Shown here in pieces: positions 27,608 to 39,072 of a stretch of DNA of 59,154 nucleotides; the first letter of the stretch is position 1, and each line of letters starts with the position of its first letter. The stretch comes from a bacterium (lineage in GTDB: Bacteria; Patescibacteriota; Patescibacteriia; 2-01-FULL-39-33): NCBI GenBank assembly GCA_037130015.1, contig JBAXTU010000004.1, positions 1 through 59,154 on the forward strand, given 5' to 3'. Under the pieces are notes generated by a model. The model searched no databases. It was not told the origin of the DNA and was given only the letters and a program-made list of their open reading frames with translations. Both the position numbers and the translations under genes were made by a program.

Positions 27608-27745
27608 CTATTTTTTAAAAATTCCAAGAATAACCCATCCTTGTTTTCTTACAGCCCTAAGGAACTTGTTGACTGAATCGCTATTTCCCAAATGCTTCTC
27701 ATGGGAGTTAGGTTCACCATTGCGGTATTTGACGATAAACTTCAT
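27608..27745 (-). CDS. Small hypothetical protein (45 aa)
   Basis: MKFIVKYRNGEPNSHEKHLGNSDSVNKFLRAVRKQGWVILGIFKK with AAGGAG RBS; start reassigned from 27871. Confidence 0.55.
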   Translation of the reverse strand: MKFIVKYRNGEPNSHEKHLGNSDSVNKFLRAVRKQGWVILGIFKK

Positions 27746-27843
27746 ATCATTTTCTCCTTGCTTTTCCCAGACAAAATACCTAAAAAACAACACATATTTT
27801 TTGAATTTACCCAAACTTCTGGTGGCGGTCTGACTCTTGGCAA
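27742..27843 (-). CDS. Putative 33-aa peptide (TTG start)
   Basis: AAAGGAGG RBS 5 nt before TTG; its stop overlaps the next ATG (ATGA). Confidence 0.35.
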   Translation of the reverse strand: MPRVRPPPEVWVNSKNMCCFLGILSGKSKEKMI

Positions 27844-27958
27844 GAGTGCCTCCTTTCGGGTTAAAGAACATAAGGTGATAAATATAATTTTATCACTTTT
27901 AAAAAAAATGTCAACTAAAAAAACCACCGGCTTTAAACCGGCGGATTTTTTAAAAAAA

Positions 27959-30355
27959 TTATTTTTTCTTTTTTCTTTTTAGCTTCTTTTCCTGTTCCAA
28001 AATTGCCAAAGTGGTTTTAACCACAGTATCAGGATTAAGAGAAATACTATCTATACCCTCACGCACCAAAAATTGAGCAAAGTCTGGAAAGTCAGAAGGC
28101 GCTTGACCACAAATGCCAATTTTTCTTTTGTGCTTTTTGGCCACTTTAATAACCTGAGAAATTAAACTTTTTACAGCATCATTTCTTTCATTATAAATAT
28201 GCGCAACCAATTGTGAATCTCTATCAACGCCCAACGCCAATTGAGTCAAATCATTTGAACCAATAGAAAAGCCATCAAACAACTTGCAAAACTCTTCGGC
28301 CAAAATTACATTAGAAGGAATTTCACACATCACATAAAATTCCAAACCATCTTGATGACGCTTCAGGCCATGTCGCGCCATAATATCAATAACATTTTGT
28401 CCTTCTTCAATAGTACGGCAAAAAGGAATCATCACTTTCATATTTTTGAGACCATATTCTTTGCGCACTTTGACAATGGCCTGGCATTCAAGCTCAAAAG
28501 CCTGACGATATGCCTCACTATAATATCTGCTGGCGCCACGCCAACCAATCATAGGATTTGGCTCCACTGGTTCAAATTGTTTGCCACCAATAAGGTTGGC
28601 ATATTCATTTGATTTAAAATCTGACAAACGGATAATCACATCTTTGGGATAATAAGCGGCCGCAATCATACCCACGCCTTCGGCCAACTTGTCCACAAAA
28701 AATTGCGGTTTATTTTTATGATTAATAGTAATGTCAGCAATTTGTTTTTTGACTTTTTGATCTTTTATTTTGGCAAAATTGATTAGTGCTAATGGATGCA
28801 CTTTTATATAATTGGAAATAATAAATTCTTCTCTGGCTAGTCCCACACCTTCGCACGGAATAAACGAAAAAGCCAAAGCCGCATAAGGATTGCCCACATT
28901 CATCATAATTTTTGTTTTGGGGCGAGCCAAGGTTTTGAGATTTATTTTTTTGACTGTAAACTTCACCAATCCATCATACACTTTTCCTTGTTCACCTTGC
29001 GAACAATCAATCGTGACATTTTGACCGGTCTTCAAATCCTTGGTGGCCGTATTCGTACCTACCACGCAAGGCACGCCTAGTTCACGACTAACAATAGAAG
29101 CATGACAAGTGCGACCGCCAGCATCAGTGACGATAGCCGAGGCTTTTTTCATGACTGGCTCCCAGTCTGGATCAGTCATTTCCGCCACCAAAACTTCACC
29201 TTCTTTGAAAGTATCAAGATCTTTGACATCTTTAATAACACGCGCCACACCTTGGCCGATTTTTATACCCACACTACTGCCGGTGAGTAGCACTTTACCT
29301 CCGCCAGCCAGTCTAAATTCTTCAAGGACATTGGGATTTCTTTTTGAAGCCACAGTCTCCGGCCTAGCTTGGACAATATATAATTGTCCGCTCTTGCCGT
29401 CTTTGGCCCATTCCATATCCATGGGACGTTTGTAATAATTTTCAATGGCTAGTCCCCATTTGGCTAGTTGCAAAATATCTTTATCAGACAAAACATATTT
29501 TTTTCTAGCTATCAAATCAACTGGATGACTGACAGTCGGACTTTCCGAACCTTTGCCATAAATTAATTTTTTTACTTTGTCACCAATTTGGCGAGAAATG
29601 ATTGGACTGTGTCCGGTGGCCAAAGTTTTTTTGAAAACATAATATTCATCAGGATTGACCACACCCTTGACCGCATATTCACCCAGGCCATAAACAGCAT
29701 TAATCAAAATGACATTATTATTTCCGCTTTCTGTATCAATGGTAAACATAATGCCAGATGATGCCAAATCGCTACGCACCATTTTTTGCACACAAACCGA
29801 GAGCGAGATTTTTTTTCGTGAAAAACCCTGATCCATGCGATAAGAAATGGCGCGATCAGTGAAAAGCGAAGCAAAACATTTTCTAACAGCAATCATCAAA
29901 GCTTCAACACCCACAATATTTAAATATGATTCTTGTTGGCCAGCAAAAGAAGCGCCCGGTAAATCTTCGGCCGTGGCTGATGAACGCACCGCCATATCAA
30001 GAGAAGTTGTTTTATAAAATTTACTAAGTTCATGATAAGCTTTTTTAATTTCTTCCACCAAATCTTCTGGCAACTCGGCTGACAAAATCAGTTCTCGGAC
30101 TTCAGCAGCTCTGACACTTAAATTTTTCTTGTCAGTGGTTTTTAGGATTAAAGCGATTTTGTTTTTGATTTTCGCGCTTGATAAAAAATAATCATAAGCC
30201 GTGGCCGTGATAGCAAAACCATTGGGAATTTTGACACCCTTTGGCACTAAGCGACGATACATTTCTCCCAAGGAAGCATTTTTACCTCCAACAAGCGGAA
30301 CGTCTTTAATACCGACTTCATTAAAACGTAAAATTAATTTTTTACTTCTGTTCAT
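27959..30355 (-). CDS. ppsA: Phosphoenolpyruvate synthase
   Basis: VGGKNASLGEM, AVRSSATAED, GGRTCHASIVSRELG phospho-His motif, FSIGSNDLTQ, ICGQAPSD. Confidence 0.97.
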   Translation of the reverse strand: MNRSKKLILRFNEVGIKDVPLVGGKNASLGEMYRRLVPKGVKIPNGFAITATAYDYFLSSAKIKNKIALILKTTDKKNLSVRAAEVRELILSAELPEDLVEEIKKAYHELSKFYKTTSLDMAVRSSATAEDLPGASFAGQQESYLNIVGVEALMIAVRKCFASLFTDRAISYRMDQGFSRKKISLSVCVQKMVRSDLASSGIMFTIDTESGNNNVILINAVYGLGEYAVKGVVNPDEYYVFKKTLATGHSPIISRQIGDKVKKLIYGKGSESPTVSHPVDLIARKKYVLSDKDILQLAKWGLAIENYYKRPMDMEWAKDGKSGQLYIVQARPETVASKRNPNVLEEFRLAGGGKVLLTGSSVGIKIGQGVARVIKDVKDLDTFKEGEVLVAEMTDPDWEPVMKKASAIVTDAGGRTCHASIVSRELGVPCVVGTNTATKDLKTGQNVTIDCSQGEQGKVYDGLVKFTVKKINLKTLARPKTKIMMNVGNPYAALAFSFIPCEGVGLAREEFIISNYIKVHPLALINFAKIKDQKVKKQIADITINHKNKPQFFVDKLAEGVGMIAAAYYPKDVIIRLSDFKSNEYANLIGGKQFEPVEPNPMIGWRGASRYYSEAYRQAFELECQAIVKVRKEYGLKNMKVMIPFCRTIEEGQNVIDIMARHGLKRHQDGLEFYVMCEIPSNVILAEEFCKLFDGFSIGSNDLTQLALGVDRDSQLVAHIYNERNDAVKSLISQVIKVAKKHKRKIGICGQAPSDFPDFAQFLVREGIDSISLNPDTVVKTTLAILEQEKKLKRKKKK

Positions 30356-30385
30356 AAAAACATGGACTATTTATAATATTTAAAA

Positions 30386-31882
30386 TTATATTTCTTCTAC
30401 TTTAATCAAATTAGATTGGCCCTTATAACCAAAAGGATAGCCAGCCACAATCACAATCACATCTCCTTTTTTAACTAACTTTTTACCGACAACCAATTTT
30501 TTAATTCTAGAAAGCAAAATAGTAAAAGAATCAGTGATAGCCACCAAATATGACTCCACACCCCAGCTGAGTGCCAATTGATTAGCTGTCTTTTTGTCTG
30601 GCGATACCGCAATAATGCGCGCATTCGGACGGAAACGAGAAATATTTCTAGCAGTGAAGCCTGAGGTGGTAGCACAAACAATAAGTTCGGCACTCTTAAC
30701 ATCTTCGGCCAAATCCTGAGCCATAAAACTGATTATTTGAGTGATTGATTGCTGATTTTTAAATTTGTCCTCTTTTGATTCTTGTTCAATAATTTCCCTC
30801 TCTTCAACTTGATTGGCAATACGATGCATCACTTCAACAGCTTTGAGCGGATATTTACCGGTAGCACTTTCTCCCGAGAGCATGATAGCATCAGTACCGT
30901 CCAAAATAGCATTGGCCACATCCAAAACCTCAGCGCGAGTGGGCAGAGGATTTCTGATCATAGAATCCAACATTTGGGTGGCCACAATAACCGGCTTGCC
31001 GGCTTTGCGACATTTATCAATAATATCTTTTTGAATGAGAGGCAATTTTTCAAAAGGTATTTCAATACCCAAATCGCCACGCGCCACCATCACACCATCA
31101 GTGACGTCTAATATTTGATCAAAATTATCCACGGCCTCACGTCTTTCTATTTTGGCAATAATACGAGTGTGCACGCCACTAATTTTGCCTTTAGCAGATG
31201 GCTTGTCAAATTTTCTATAATCTTTGTATAAATGATATTTTTTTTCCAAACGAAAAATAGAACGGCGCAACCGTTCAATATCTTTGGCATCTTTAACAAA
31301 AGAGATGGCCACAAAATCAACATTATTTTTGATGCCAAATTCCAAATCTTGCAAATCTTTTTTGGTGACTGGAGGACATTTTATTTCCGACTGAGGAAAA
31401 TTCATGCCTTTATGTGTGTTAATTGTCCCGGCCACCAACACCTCACAACGAATTATTTTATTTTTAATATCCAATACTTTAAGTTCAATGGTGGCATCGT
31501 CAATCAAAATCTGAGCTCCTTTTTTTAAATCACTATAAAGATTTTCATATTGAATAGGAATAAAAAGTCCTTTGTCATTTTTTGCTTTTTTATATTTTTC
31601 ATAAACCAACAATACTTCTTGACCGACTTTAACGCTGACGCCTTTATCACCAACCTCGCCAATGCGAATACGCGGACCTTGTAAATCCTGCAACAAAGCG
31701 ATAGGTGTTTTTGTTTTCTTGCTGACTGCGCGAATATGCTTGATAAGTATCTGATGATGCGCATAATCGCCATGAGAAAAATTAAGACGGGCCACATTAA
31801 GTCCGGCCTTAACCATTTTTTCTATCATGACCTTTTTTTCCGAAGCTGGTCCGATGGTGGCGACTATCTTGGTTCGTTTCAT
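30386..31882 (-). CDS. pyk: Pyruvate kinase
   Basis: KRTKIVATIGPAS, RLNFSHG, IIAKIE, MVARGDLG, ATQMLDSM, MLSGESA. Confidence 0.97.
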   Translation of the reverse strand: MKRTKIVATIGPASEKKVMIEKMVKAGLNVARLNFSHGDYAHHQILIKHIRAVSKKTKTPIALLQDLQGPRIRIGEVGDKGVSVKVGQEVLLVYEKYKKAKNDKGLFIPIQYENLYSDLKKGAQILIDDATIELKVLDIKNKIIRCEVLVAGTINTHKGMNFPQSEIKCPPVTKKDLQDLEFGIKNNVDFVAISFVKDAKDIERLRRSIFRLEKKYHLYKDYRKFDKPSAKGKISGVHTRIIAKIERREAVDNFDQILDVTDGVMVARGDLGIEIPFEKLPLIQKDIIDKCRKAGKPVIVATQMLDSMIRNPLPTRAEVLDVANAILDGTDAIMLSGESATGKYPLKAVEVMHRIANQVEEREIIEQESKEDKFKNQQSITQIISFMAQDLAEDVKSAELIVCATTSGFTARNISRFRPNARIIAVSPDKKTANQLALSWGVESYLVAITDSFTILLSRIKKLVVGKKLVKKGDVIVIVAGYPFGYKGQSNLIKVEEI

Positions 31883-31886
31883 TAAA

Positions 31887-32198
31887 TTATAATTTAATAG
31901 TTTTAATAATCCAATCGCCTAATTGTTTAGGCATTTCTCCAACCAATGGCAATTCCCATTTTTCTCCTTGCAAGGCATTGATAATGCCCACAATAGCTAT
32001 AATGCCAACCAATAGCCAGCCAAGCATCGGAATAAACATTAAGGGAATAGAAGCCACAAACAAAAAAGCTCCTTGATTGGCATGAAAACGGATATACTCA
32101 TCTTTTTTTCTAGAGGCCAAAGCTACTATGGAAAAAACCCAAAGATAGGAAACAGCACCCCAAATTTTTTGTTCTTGACTAATTTTTTCTGTCGGCAT
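31887..32198 (-). CDS. DUF4870-like small membrane protein
   Basis: YIRFHANQG, GIINALQGEKWELPLVG. Confidence 0.75.
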   Translation of the reverse strand: MPTEKISQEQKIWGAVSYLWVFSIVALASRKKDEYIRFHANQGAFLFVASIPLMFIPMLGWLLVGIIAIVGIINALQGEKWELPLVGEMPKQLGDWIIKTIKL

Positions 32199-32210
32199 AA
32201 TTTTTTTTAT

Positions 32211-32639
32211 TTATTTTTTTCTATTTAACAAGTTTAAAATCTGCATAAAGATAATTGAAATAATACAGCCGGCAATGGCAACAAAAAAAGTTTCATTAAT
32301 TAAATTAAAAAATTTCCAAATATGAAAACCGTCCCAAAATCTTAGCACAGCAATAACAAGACCAATGGCCAGTCCAGCTAATGCGCCACTAATAGCCGTG
32401 ACAGGAGTGCTGGCACCAAAATTTTTGAGCGATCGCCAGCCAAGAACAGCAAAAATAAAGCCACGCAAAATCCAAGCGCCGATTTCCAAATTTTCTAACA
32501 TGGCACCGCCACGACTCACAGCCCAAGAGCGCCAAATGATTTCCAAAATTATGCCGGCAAGCACATACCATTTAACGAAAGAAAAATAAACAGTAAAATC
32601 AATGGGGTCCCATTCTTGTTGATGTCTTATTTCTGTCAT
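32211..32639 (-). CDS. Hypothetical membrane protein
   Basis: 142 aa, four TM segments. Confidence 0.7.
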   Translation of the reverse strand: MTEIRHQQEWDPIDFTVYFSFVKWYVLAGIILEIIWRSWAVSRGGAMLENLEIGAWILRGFIFAVLGWRSLKNFGASTPVTAISGALAGLAIGLVIAVLRFWDGFHIWKFFNLINETFFVAIAGCIISIIFMQILNLLNRKK

Positions 32640-32721
32640 ATAAAAATATTATAGCACAAAAATAGATAAAAACAAAAACGCAATTACTTGCGTTTTTGTT
32701 TTTATTTTATATTATATTTTT

Positions 32722-34377
<1,656 letters not shown>

Positions 34378-34653
34378 TTATTCAATCACAGCTAATACCT
34401 CTTCGTGTGTCAAAATCTTGTACTCATCATCACCGACTTTGACATCTTCGCCAGCATATTTGCCAAACAAAACTTTTTGTCCTATTTTCAAATCTAGTTT
34501 GGAAATTTTTTCACCATTACCCACGGCTAAAATTTCACCTTCGGCTTTTTTTTCTTTGCCCACAGTATCTGGCAAAACAATGCCTGATTTAGTCACTTCT
34601 TCTTCTTTGACTGGCTTGACCAGCAAACGATCACCAATTGGTTTGATTGCCAT
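34378..34653 (-). CDS. groES: Co-chaperonin GroES
   Basis: MAIKPIGDRLLVK, TKSGIVLPD, AVGNG; start reassigned to ATG 34653. Confidence 0.97.
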   Translation of the reverse strand: MAIKPIGDRLLVKPVKEEEVTKSGIVLPDTVGKEKKAEGEILAVGNGEKISKLDLKIGQKVLFGKYAGEDVKVGDDEYKILTHEEVLAVIE

Positions 34654-34687
34654 ATTTTTGTTTAAATTATTAATAATTTTAGATGTT

Positions 34688-34714
34688 TTAGCACTCAATA
34701 CACCAGAGTGCTAA
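34688..34714. promoter_or_regulatory. CIRCE operator (HrcA binding site)
   Basis: Perfect TTAGCACTC-N9-GAGTGCTAA between the promoter and groES. Confidence 0.97.
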
Positions 34715-34730
34715 TGGCTTGATATCTGCT

Positions 34731-34759
34731 ATTTTAGACAATAAAAAAATAACTGTCAA
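34731..34759 (-). promoter_or_regulatory. groESL promoter
   Basis: TTGACA-N17-TAAAAT. Confidence 0.8.
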
Positions 34760-34781
34760 GAGGCGTTATTTTTTAAAAAAA

Positions 34782-36050
34782 TTATAATATTTTTCTATAT
34801 AACTCTAAATAATTTTCGGCTTGTTTTTTGAGCGTATACTCCTGCTCACACTTCTCTCTAGCGCGCCTAGACAATGCCTGCCAATTCAAATCGTCAGACA
34901 AAATCCATTCTAGACCACTGGCTAAATCAACACTATCCAATGGTTTAACCAAATAGCCATTTTGCTGATGATCAATCATATCCGGCATACCGCCAATATC
35001 AAAAGCAACCACCGGCGTACCACAAGCCATGGATTCTAAAACAGTATTGGGCAAATTATCTTGCAAAGATGGGGCCACAAAAACATCAGACGCCGAATAA
35101 GCAATAGCCATGGAAACAGCATCATTTAATCTGCCCAAAAAATAAGTGGGTATACTCCAATTTAATTTTTCTGTTGTCGCCGAAGCACCAACCACGGCCA
35201 GTGCCAAATCATTTTTAATTACTGACTGCTCTAATTTTATTATTGCTTCTCGTAAAAAAGAAAAACCTTTTCGCGGATTGCTGGTGCCACCCATGGCGCC
35301 GAATAAAATTATTTTTTTATTTTTTGGCAAACCTAAAATATCTCTGACTGTCTGTTTTTCTATCGGTTTAAAAATATCAGTATCCAAACCATATGGAATC
35401 ACACTAACATTATAATTTTTAAAAAGCACACTTTCCCGAGCACACTTAGCCAGCCACTGACTAGGACAAACAATATTTATTTTATCCAAATTTTTCCAAG
35501 CTGACTTTTTTCTGAGCCACAAAAATTTATTTTTATCAAAAAAATTATTATCCACTGGACGATTATTTTTATCGTAGCCAATTTGATAACGTTTTATTTT
35601 TTCATTTCCGTAATGTTCACCACCGCAAAAAGGCCACATGTCATGAAGCGTCCAAACTAATGGTTTTTTAATTTTCAACAGATCATTTGGCGTGAGATAG
35701 CCACGATTTATCCAATGCAAGTGCACAAGATCCGGATTGATTTTTTTTAACCTTTCAAAATCAAACGAAGAGGCCATGGCTGGCGAATAAAAAGTTTTTT
35801 CATTTCTAAAAATAATCTTTCTGGATAAATCCTCAAAACCCGGAGCCAAAATTTTGCTTTTTAATTTCCACCACAAAGTTTCTGGTGCCAAAACATTTTG
35901 ATTATCGCTGTATTTTTTTTGCACCAGCATCACTGCTTTTATCTGTTTAATATCCAAACCGCGTAGCAAATTATAAGCAGCAATTGAAGCGCCACCAGCC
36001 GTATCGGAAGTACTAAGCAAACAAATTTTCAGCTCTTTATTTTCAATCAT
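34782..36050 (-). CDS. GT4 family glycosyltransferase
   Basis: GGASIAA, WTLHDMW, DNLPNTVLESMACGTPVVAFDIGG. Confidence 0.92.
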   Translation of the reverse strand: MIENKELKICLLSTSDTAGGASIAAYNLLRGLDIKQIKAVMLVQKKYSDNQNVLAPETLWWKLKSKILAPGFEDLSRKIIFRNEKTFYSPAMASSFDFERLKKINPDLVHLHWINRGYLTPNDLLKIKKPLVWTLHDMWPFCGGEHYGNEKIKRYQIGYDKNNRPVDNNFFDKNKFLWLRKKSAWKNLDKINIVCPSQWLAKCARESVLFKNYNVSVIPYGLDTDIFKPIEKQTVRDILGLPKNKKIILFGAMGGTSNPRKGFSFLREAIIKLEQSVIKNDLALAVVGASATTEKLNWSIPTYFLGRLNDAVSMAIAYSASDVFVAPSLQDNLPNTVLESMACGTPVVAFDIGGMPDMIDHQQNGYLVKPLDSVDLASGLEWILSDDLNWQALSRRAREKCEQEYTLKKQAENYLELYRKIL

Positions 36051-37365
36051 ATTTTTTTAGAGTTAAAGCCAAAGTCAACCAAAAAAACATAATGCCTTGA
36101 TACTGCGTCCAAAAATAATGGTCAAAGCATGACAGTATAAATAATGAAGACAAAAATGCCAGCGAGGCCGGATTGCTTTTTGAATTTTTAAGCGCTATCA
36201 AAAAAATAAAAAAATAAAAAAATAAAAAGCTAGCCAATCCGACAATTCCCAACTCCGACCAAATCATCAAAAACAAATTATGAACTGGTTGATAGCTATT
36301 AACTGCTAAGTTGGGATTTTGTTCATATAGATAATAAGTATAATTGCCCAAGCCCACACCTGACAAAACATGGCTATAAATTATATCTTGCGATTGATTG
36401 ACAGCAGTCAATCTTTGAGCCACGCTTAATTTTTCCAAATTAGTTTGCGTAGTGACTCTGGCAAAAATAAGTGAAGAATAAAAAGATACCAAAACCAAAG
36501 ATAAAATAATCAGCGCCAAAACCGGAGCAAAAATCCGCCAAGATGTTTTTTGTTTAAAAGCAAAAAAATAAAAAATAATCAGTCCAACAAACGCCGAGAT
36601 TATGGCCGAACGGGAAAAAGTAAAAAATAAACCGGCACTAATAATTATTAAAGAAAAAAAGAAAAAACTTTTTTGCCAACCCGATGCTTTGGTATACAAA
36701 AAAACTGACATAATAAGACACACCGCTAAAAATCCTCCCAAGATATTGGGGCTTTGAAAACCGCCATAAGCCCTGAGCCAAAAACCATGGCTTTCCACCA
36801 CTGAGGCGCCAACATCAAAAGGATTGTGCATAGCCAGACCCAGCCATTTATTAGCCGTGACGCTCTGAGAAAAAAATTGCCCTATGGCCAAAATTGATTG
36901 AATCAAACCAGAAGCAACAAAAACTAAACCAACACGCTGAAAATTAATTTTCAAATTTAAAACTATAAAAAATAAAGCCAAACCAACAAGCAACATCAGC
37001 CAATAATAAAGAGCAACTGTTTTGTCCAGCGACCAAATCACGGACAATCCTGACCAAATGGCCAAAAACCATACACTAAAAATTAAAATTAATTTTTTTC
37101 TATCAACCCTAAAGAAAGCCTGCCTGACGGTAGGCAGGTTTGATATTTTAATTGAGCCATTTTTATTCCAAGCAATTAATTGCAAAATACAAATAACCAA
37201 AAATAAAACTTCCGTCAAATACAAACCCATGGTGCCATATTGCCATTTACCACTATTTAAAATACCAACACTTAAAATCTTAATTGTAGGAAATGGCAGA
37301 AGCACCAGCCAAATATAAAAAATCGCTTCTAAATTCTTTTCAATTGAAAAAATAAATTTGTTCAT
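36043..37365 (-). CDS. O-antigen ligase (Wzy_C) family membrane protein
   Basis: RAYGGFQSPNILGG, TFSRS, GVGLGNY, PVHNLFL..WSELGIVG. Confidence 0.88.
   Translation of the reverse strand: MNKFIFSIEKNLEAIFYIWLVLLPFPTIKILSVGILNSGKWQYGTMGLYLTEVLFLVICILQLIAWNKNGSIKISNLPTVRQAFFRVDRKKLILIFSVWFLAIWSGLSVIWSLDKTVALYYWLMLLVGLALFFIVLNLKINFQRVGLVFVASGLIQSILAIGQFFSQSVTANKWLGLAMHNPFDVGASVVESHGFWLRAYGGFQSPNILGGFLAVCLIMSVFLYTKASGWQKSFFFFSLIIISAGLFFTFSRSAIISAFVGLIIFYFFAFKQKTSWRIFAPVLALIILSLVLVSFYSSLIFARVTTQTNLEKLSVAQRLTAVNQSQDIIYSHVLSGVGLGNYTYYLYEQNPNLAVNSYQPVHNLFLMIWSELGIVGLASFLFFYFFIFLIALKNSKSNPASLAFLSSLFILSCFDHYFWTQYQGIMFFWLTLALTLKKYD
37119..37138. repeat. Short palindromic element CCTGCCT-N6-AGGCAGG inside the O-antigen ligase CDS
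   Basis: GC-rich palindrome in an AT-rich gene, translated as LPTVRQ. Confidence 0.7.
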
Positions 37366-38273
37366 AAACTACTTAATTTTTCCGCCACCAACTGGTTGAA
37401 TTTTTGCCGTTTATCATTGTCATGGAGCTTGATCATCTGATTGTTGATTATAACTCGCTTGTCCAAATTCTGAATTTTTTTGTAGCGCTCTGGCAAAATT
37501 CTCAATTGAATATTTTGATAAAATTTTTCCGATGGTAAAAATAAAATAAATTCCATTAGTCGCTTAATTGCCATCAAAAAATTTCCGATAATTACCTTGC
37601 CGATAACTTGATTAGGATAATATGCTGGCACAAAATCTTTCAACCAAGAATTGGCAAAGAAAAATCTTTCAGCCACCTTATTCTGATCATAAATAAAAAT
37701 AAAACTGGCTGCTCCCCAATAATAGTAATAATCAACCGGACTGTCATTGGCCACAGAAATATCAAGCGCATCTTCGTCAACCCAATAGCTAGCGCAAATG
37801 CCATCTTGGCTTTTTTGTGGCGTAGGGCGAAGATGAAAAATTTTTAAAAATAAATTAACAAAAAATCTAGTTGACCACAAATGGCCTTTGGCGCCGACAA
37901 TAAAAAAATCCAAATCACTATCAGCCTTAGCATTAAAAAGCGACAAAGAACTATACAAGGCCAGGCCTCGCACACCAGGGAAAAACCCAAGGAGTCTGGA
38001 CACTCTACGGACTTTTTTAAACTTTTCAGCAGAAATGCCATAACGGCTTAGCCTTTTTTCAACCAACTCCTCCTGTCCAGCCAAAAAATAAAAACCATTT
38101 TTTTGTTTGATTTTTTCCGATAAATATTCGCCACTCAAAGCCAAAAGTAAATCTGACACTTTTACTTCCACAGCCAAAAATTTCTGAATTTGTAATATCG
38201 TCAAAGGATAATCCAAAAAATCAAAAATAATTATTTCACTCAGAATTTGTTTAGTTAAAATATTGTCTATCAT
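37362..38273 (-). CDS. Conserved hypothetical protein with nucleotidyltransferase-like DxD motif
   Basis: FDFLDYPLT, SSLS...SDLDFFIV. Confidence 0.7.
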   Translation of the reverse strand: MIDNILTKQILSEIIIFDFLDYPLTILQIQKFLAVEVKVSDLLLALSGEYLSEKIKQKNGFYFLAGQEELVEKRLSRYGISAEKFKKVRRVSRLLGFFPGVRGLALYSSLSLFNAKADSDLDFFIVGAKGHLWSTRFFVNLFLKIFHLRPTPQKSQDGICASYWVDEDALDISVANDSPVDYYYYWGAASFIFIYDQNKVAERFFFANSWLKDFVPAYYPNQVIGKVIIGNFLMAIKRLMEFILFLPSEKFYQNIQLRILPERYKKIQNLDKRVIINNQMIKLHDNDKRQKFNQLVAEKLSSL

Positions 38274-38317
38274 AACTCTAATTTACCATACTCTTAAAGA
38301 TTAACTTTGCCACTTTT

Positions 38318-38977
38318 CTAGATATCCTGCCCATTTGATTCTCTAACAATCTCTTTAATTAGATAGTCTAATTTTTTAAATCTTCTTTTAGCAATTTTTT
38401 TAATAACTGAAAAATTAAATTTATTTAAATATTCTTTAGCTTTTAAGTTTGCTTCTTCCTGAAACCAAAATTCCCCTAAACGATCAATATTTCTTTTATC
38501 ATAATGGGCATAAGTGATGTGCCGCCAAATTTGAATAAATCCATAATTATCCAAACGATCAAGATCCTTAACTATTTTTGACTCTATACTAGTTTGCTGT
38601 TTCAAATGTTGTTCACTAATAATGGAAGAAATAAAGTAGATTAATTTTTTATCTTTTATTATTCCTGACAAATATTTTTCTACAATTTTACCACCAATTT
38701 CGGCATGATTATTGTTGGCTTTTGATTTATAAATTAATTCACCTTTTTTATTGATTGATTCTAATTTACCTATATCTGAAAATAAAGCAGCAATCAATGT
38801 TGCATCTTGATTAATTTTTTTATTCTTAAAAAAATCTATCTTTAAAATATTTTTACAATAAATCATGGTTCTTAATCCATGATAGTAACGAAAGCCATAA
38901 CCCCCACCAGCCTCAAAGGAGTTTATAAAAACACTTTTATATTTTTCTGTGAGTTTTTTTTCTAAATTTTTATTCAT
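38318..38977 (-). CDS. HD-superfamily hydrolase-like protein (HD reads SD)
   Basis: YYHGLRT, AALFSDIGK, HAEIG, KDLDRLDNYG. Confidence 0.75.
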   Translation of the reverse strand: MNKNLEKKLTEKYKSVFINSFEAGGGYGFRYYHGLRTMIYCKNILKIDFFKNKKINQDATLIAALFSDIGKLESINKKGELIYKSKANNNHAEIGGKIVEKYLSGIIKDKKLIYFISSIISEQHLKQQTSIESKIVKDLDRLDNYGFIQIWRHITYAHYDKRNIDRLGEFWFQEEANLKAKEYLNKFNFSVIKKIAKRRFKKLDYLIKEIVRESNGQDI

Positions 38978-39072
38978 AATTTTATAATTTATTATTATAA
39001 TAATAACATTTTCTAGAGTTTTAATCCATTAAATTTTGATTGACAAAAAAACCCGAAACTTTTATAATTTAA

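Noticed and set aside
34654-34698. N-terminal extensions in the ORF track for groES (also pgsA-like, tsaE, tsaD, holA and the 40502 ORF)
   Set aside because: Extensions overlap CIRCE, promoters or neighbouring genes; family homology begins at the downstream ATG
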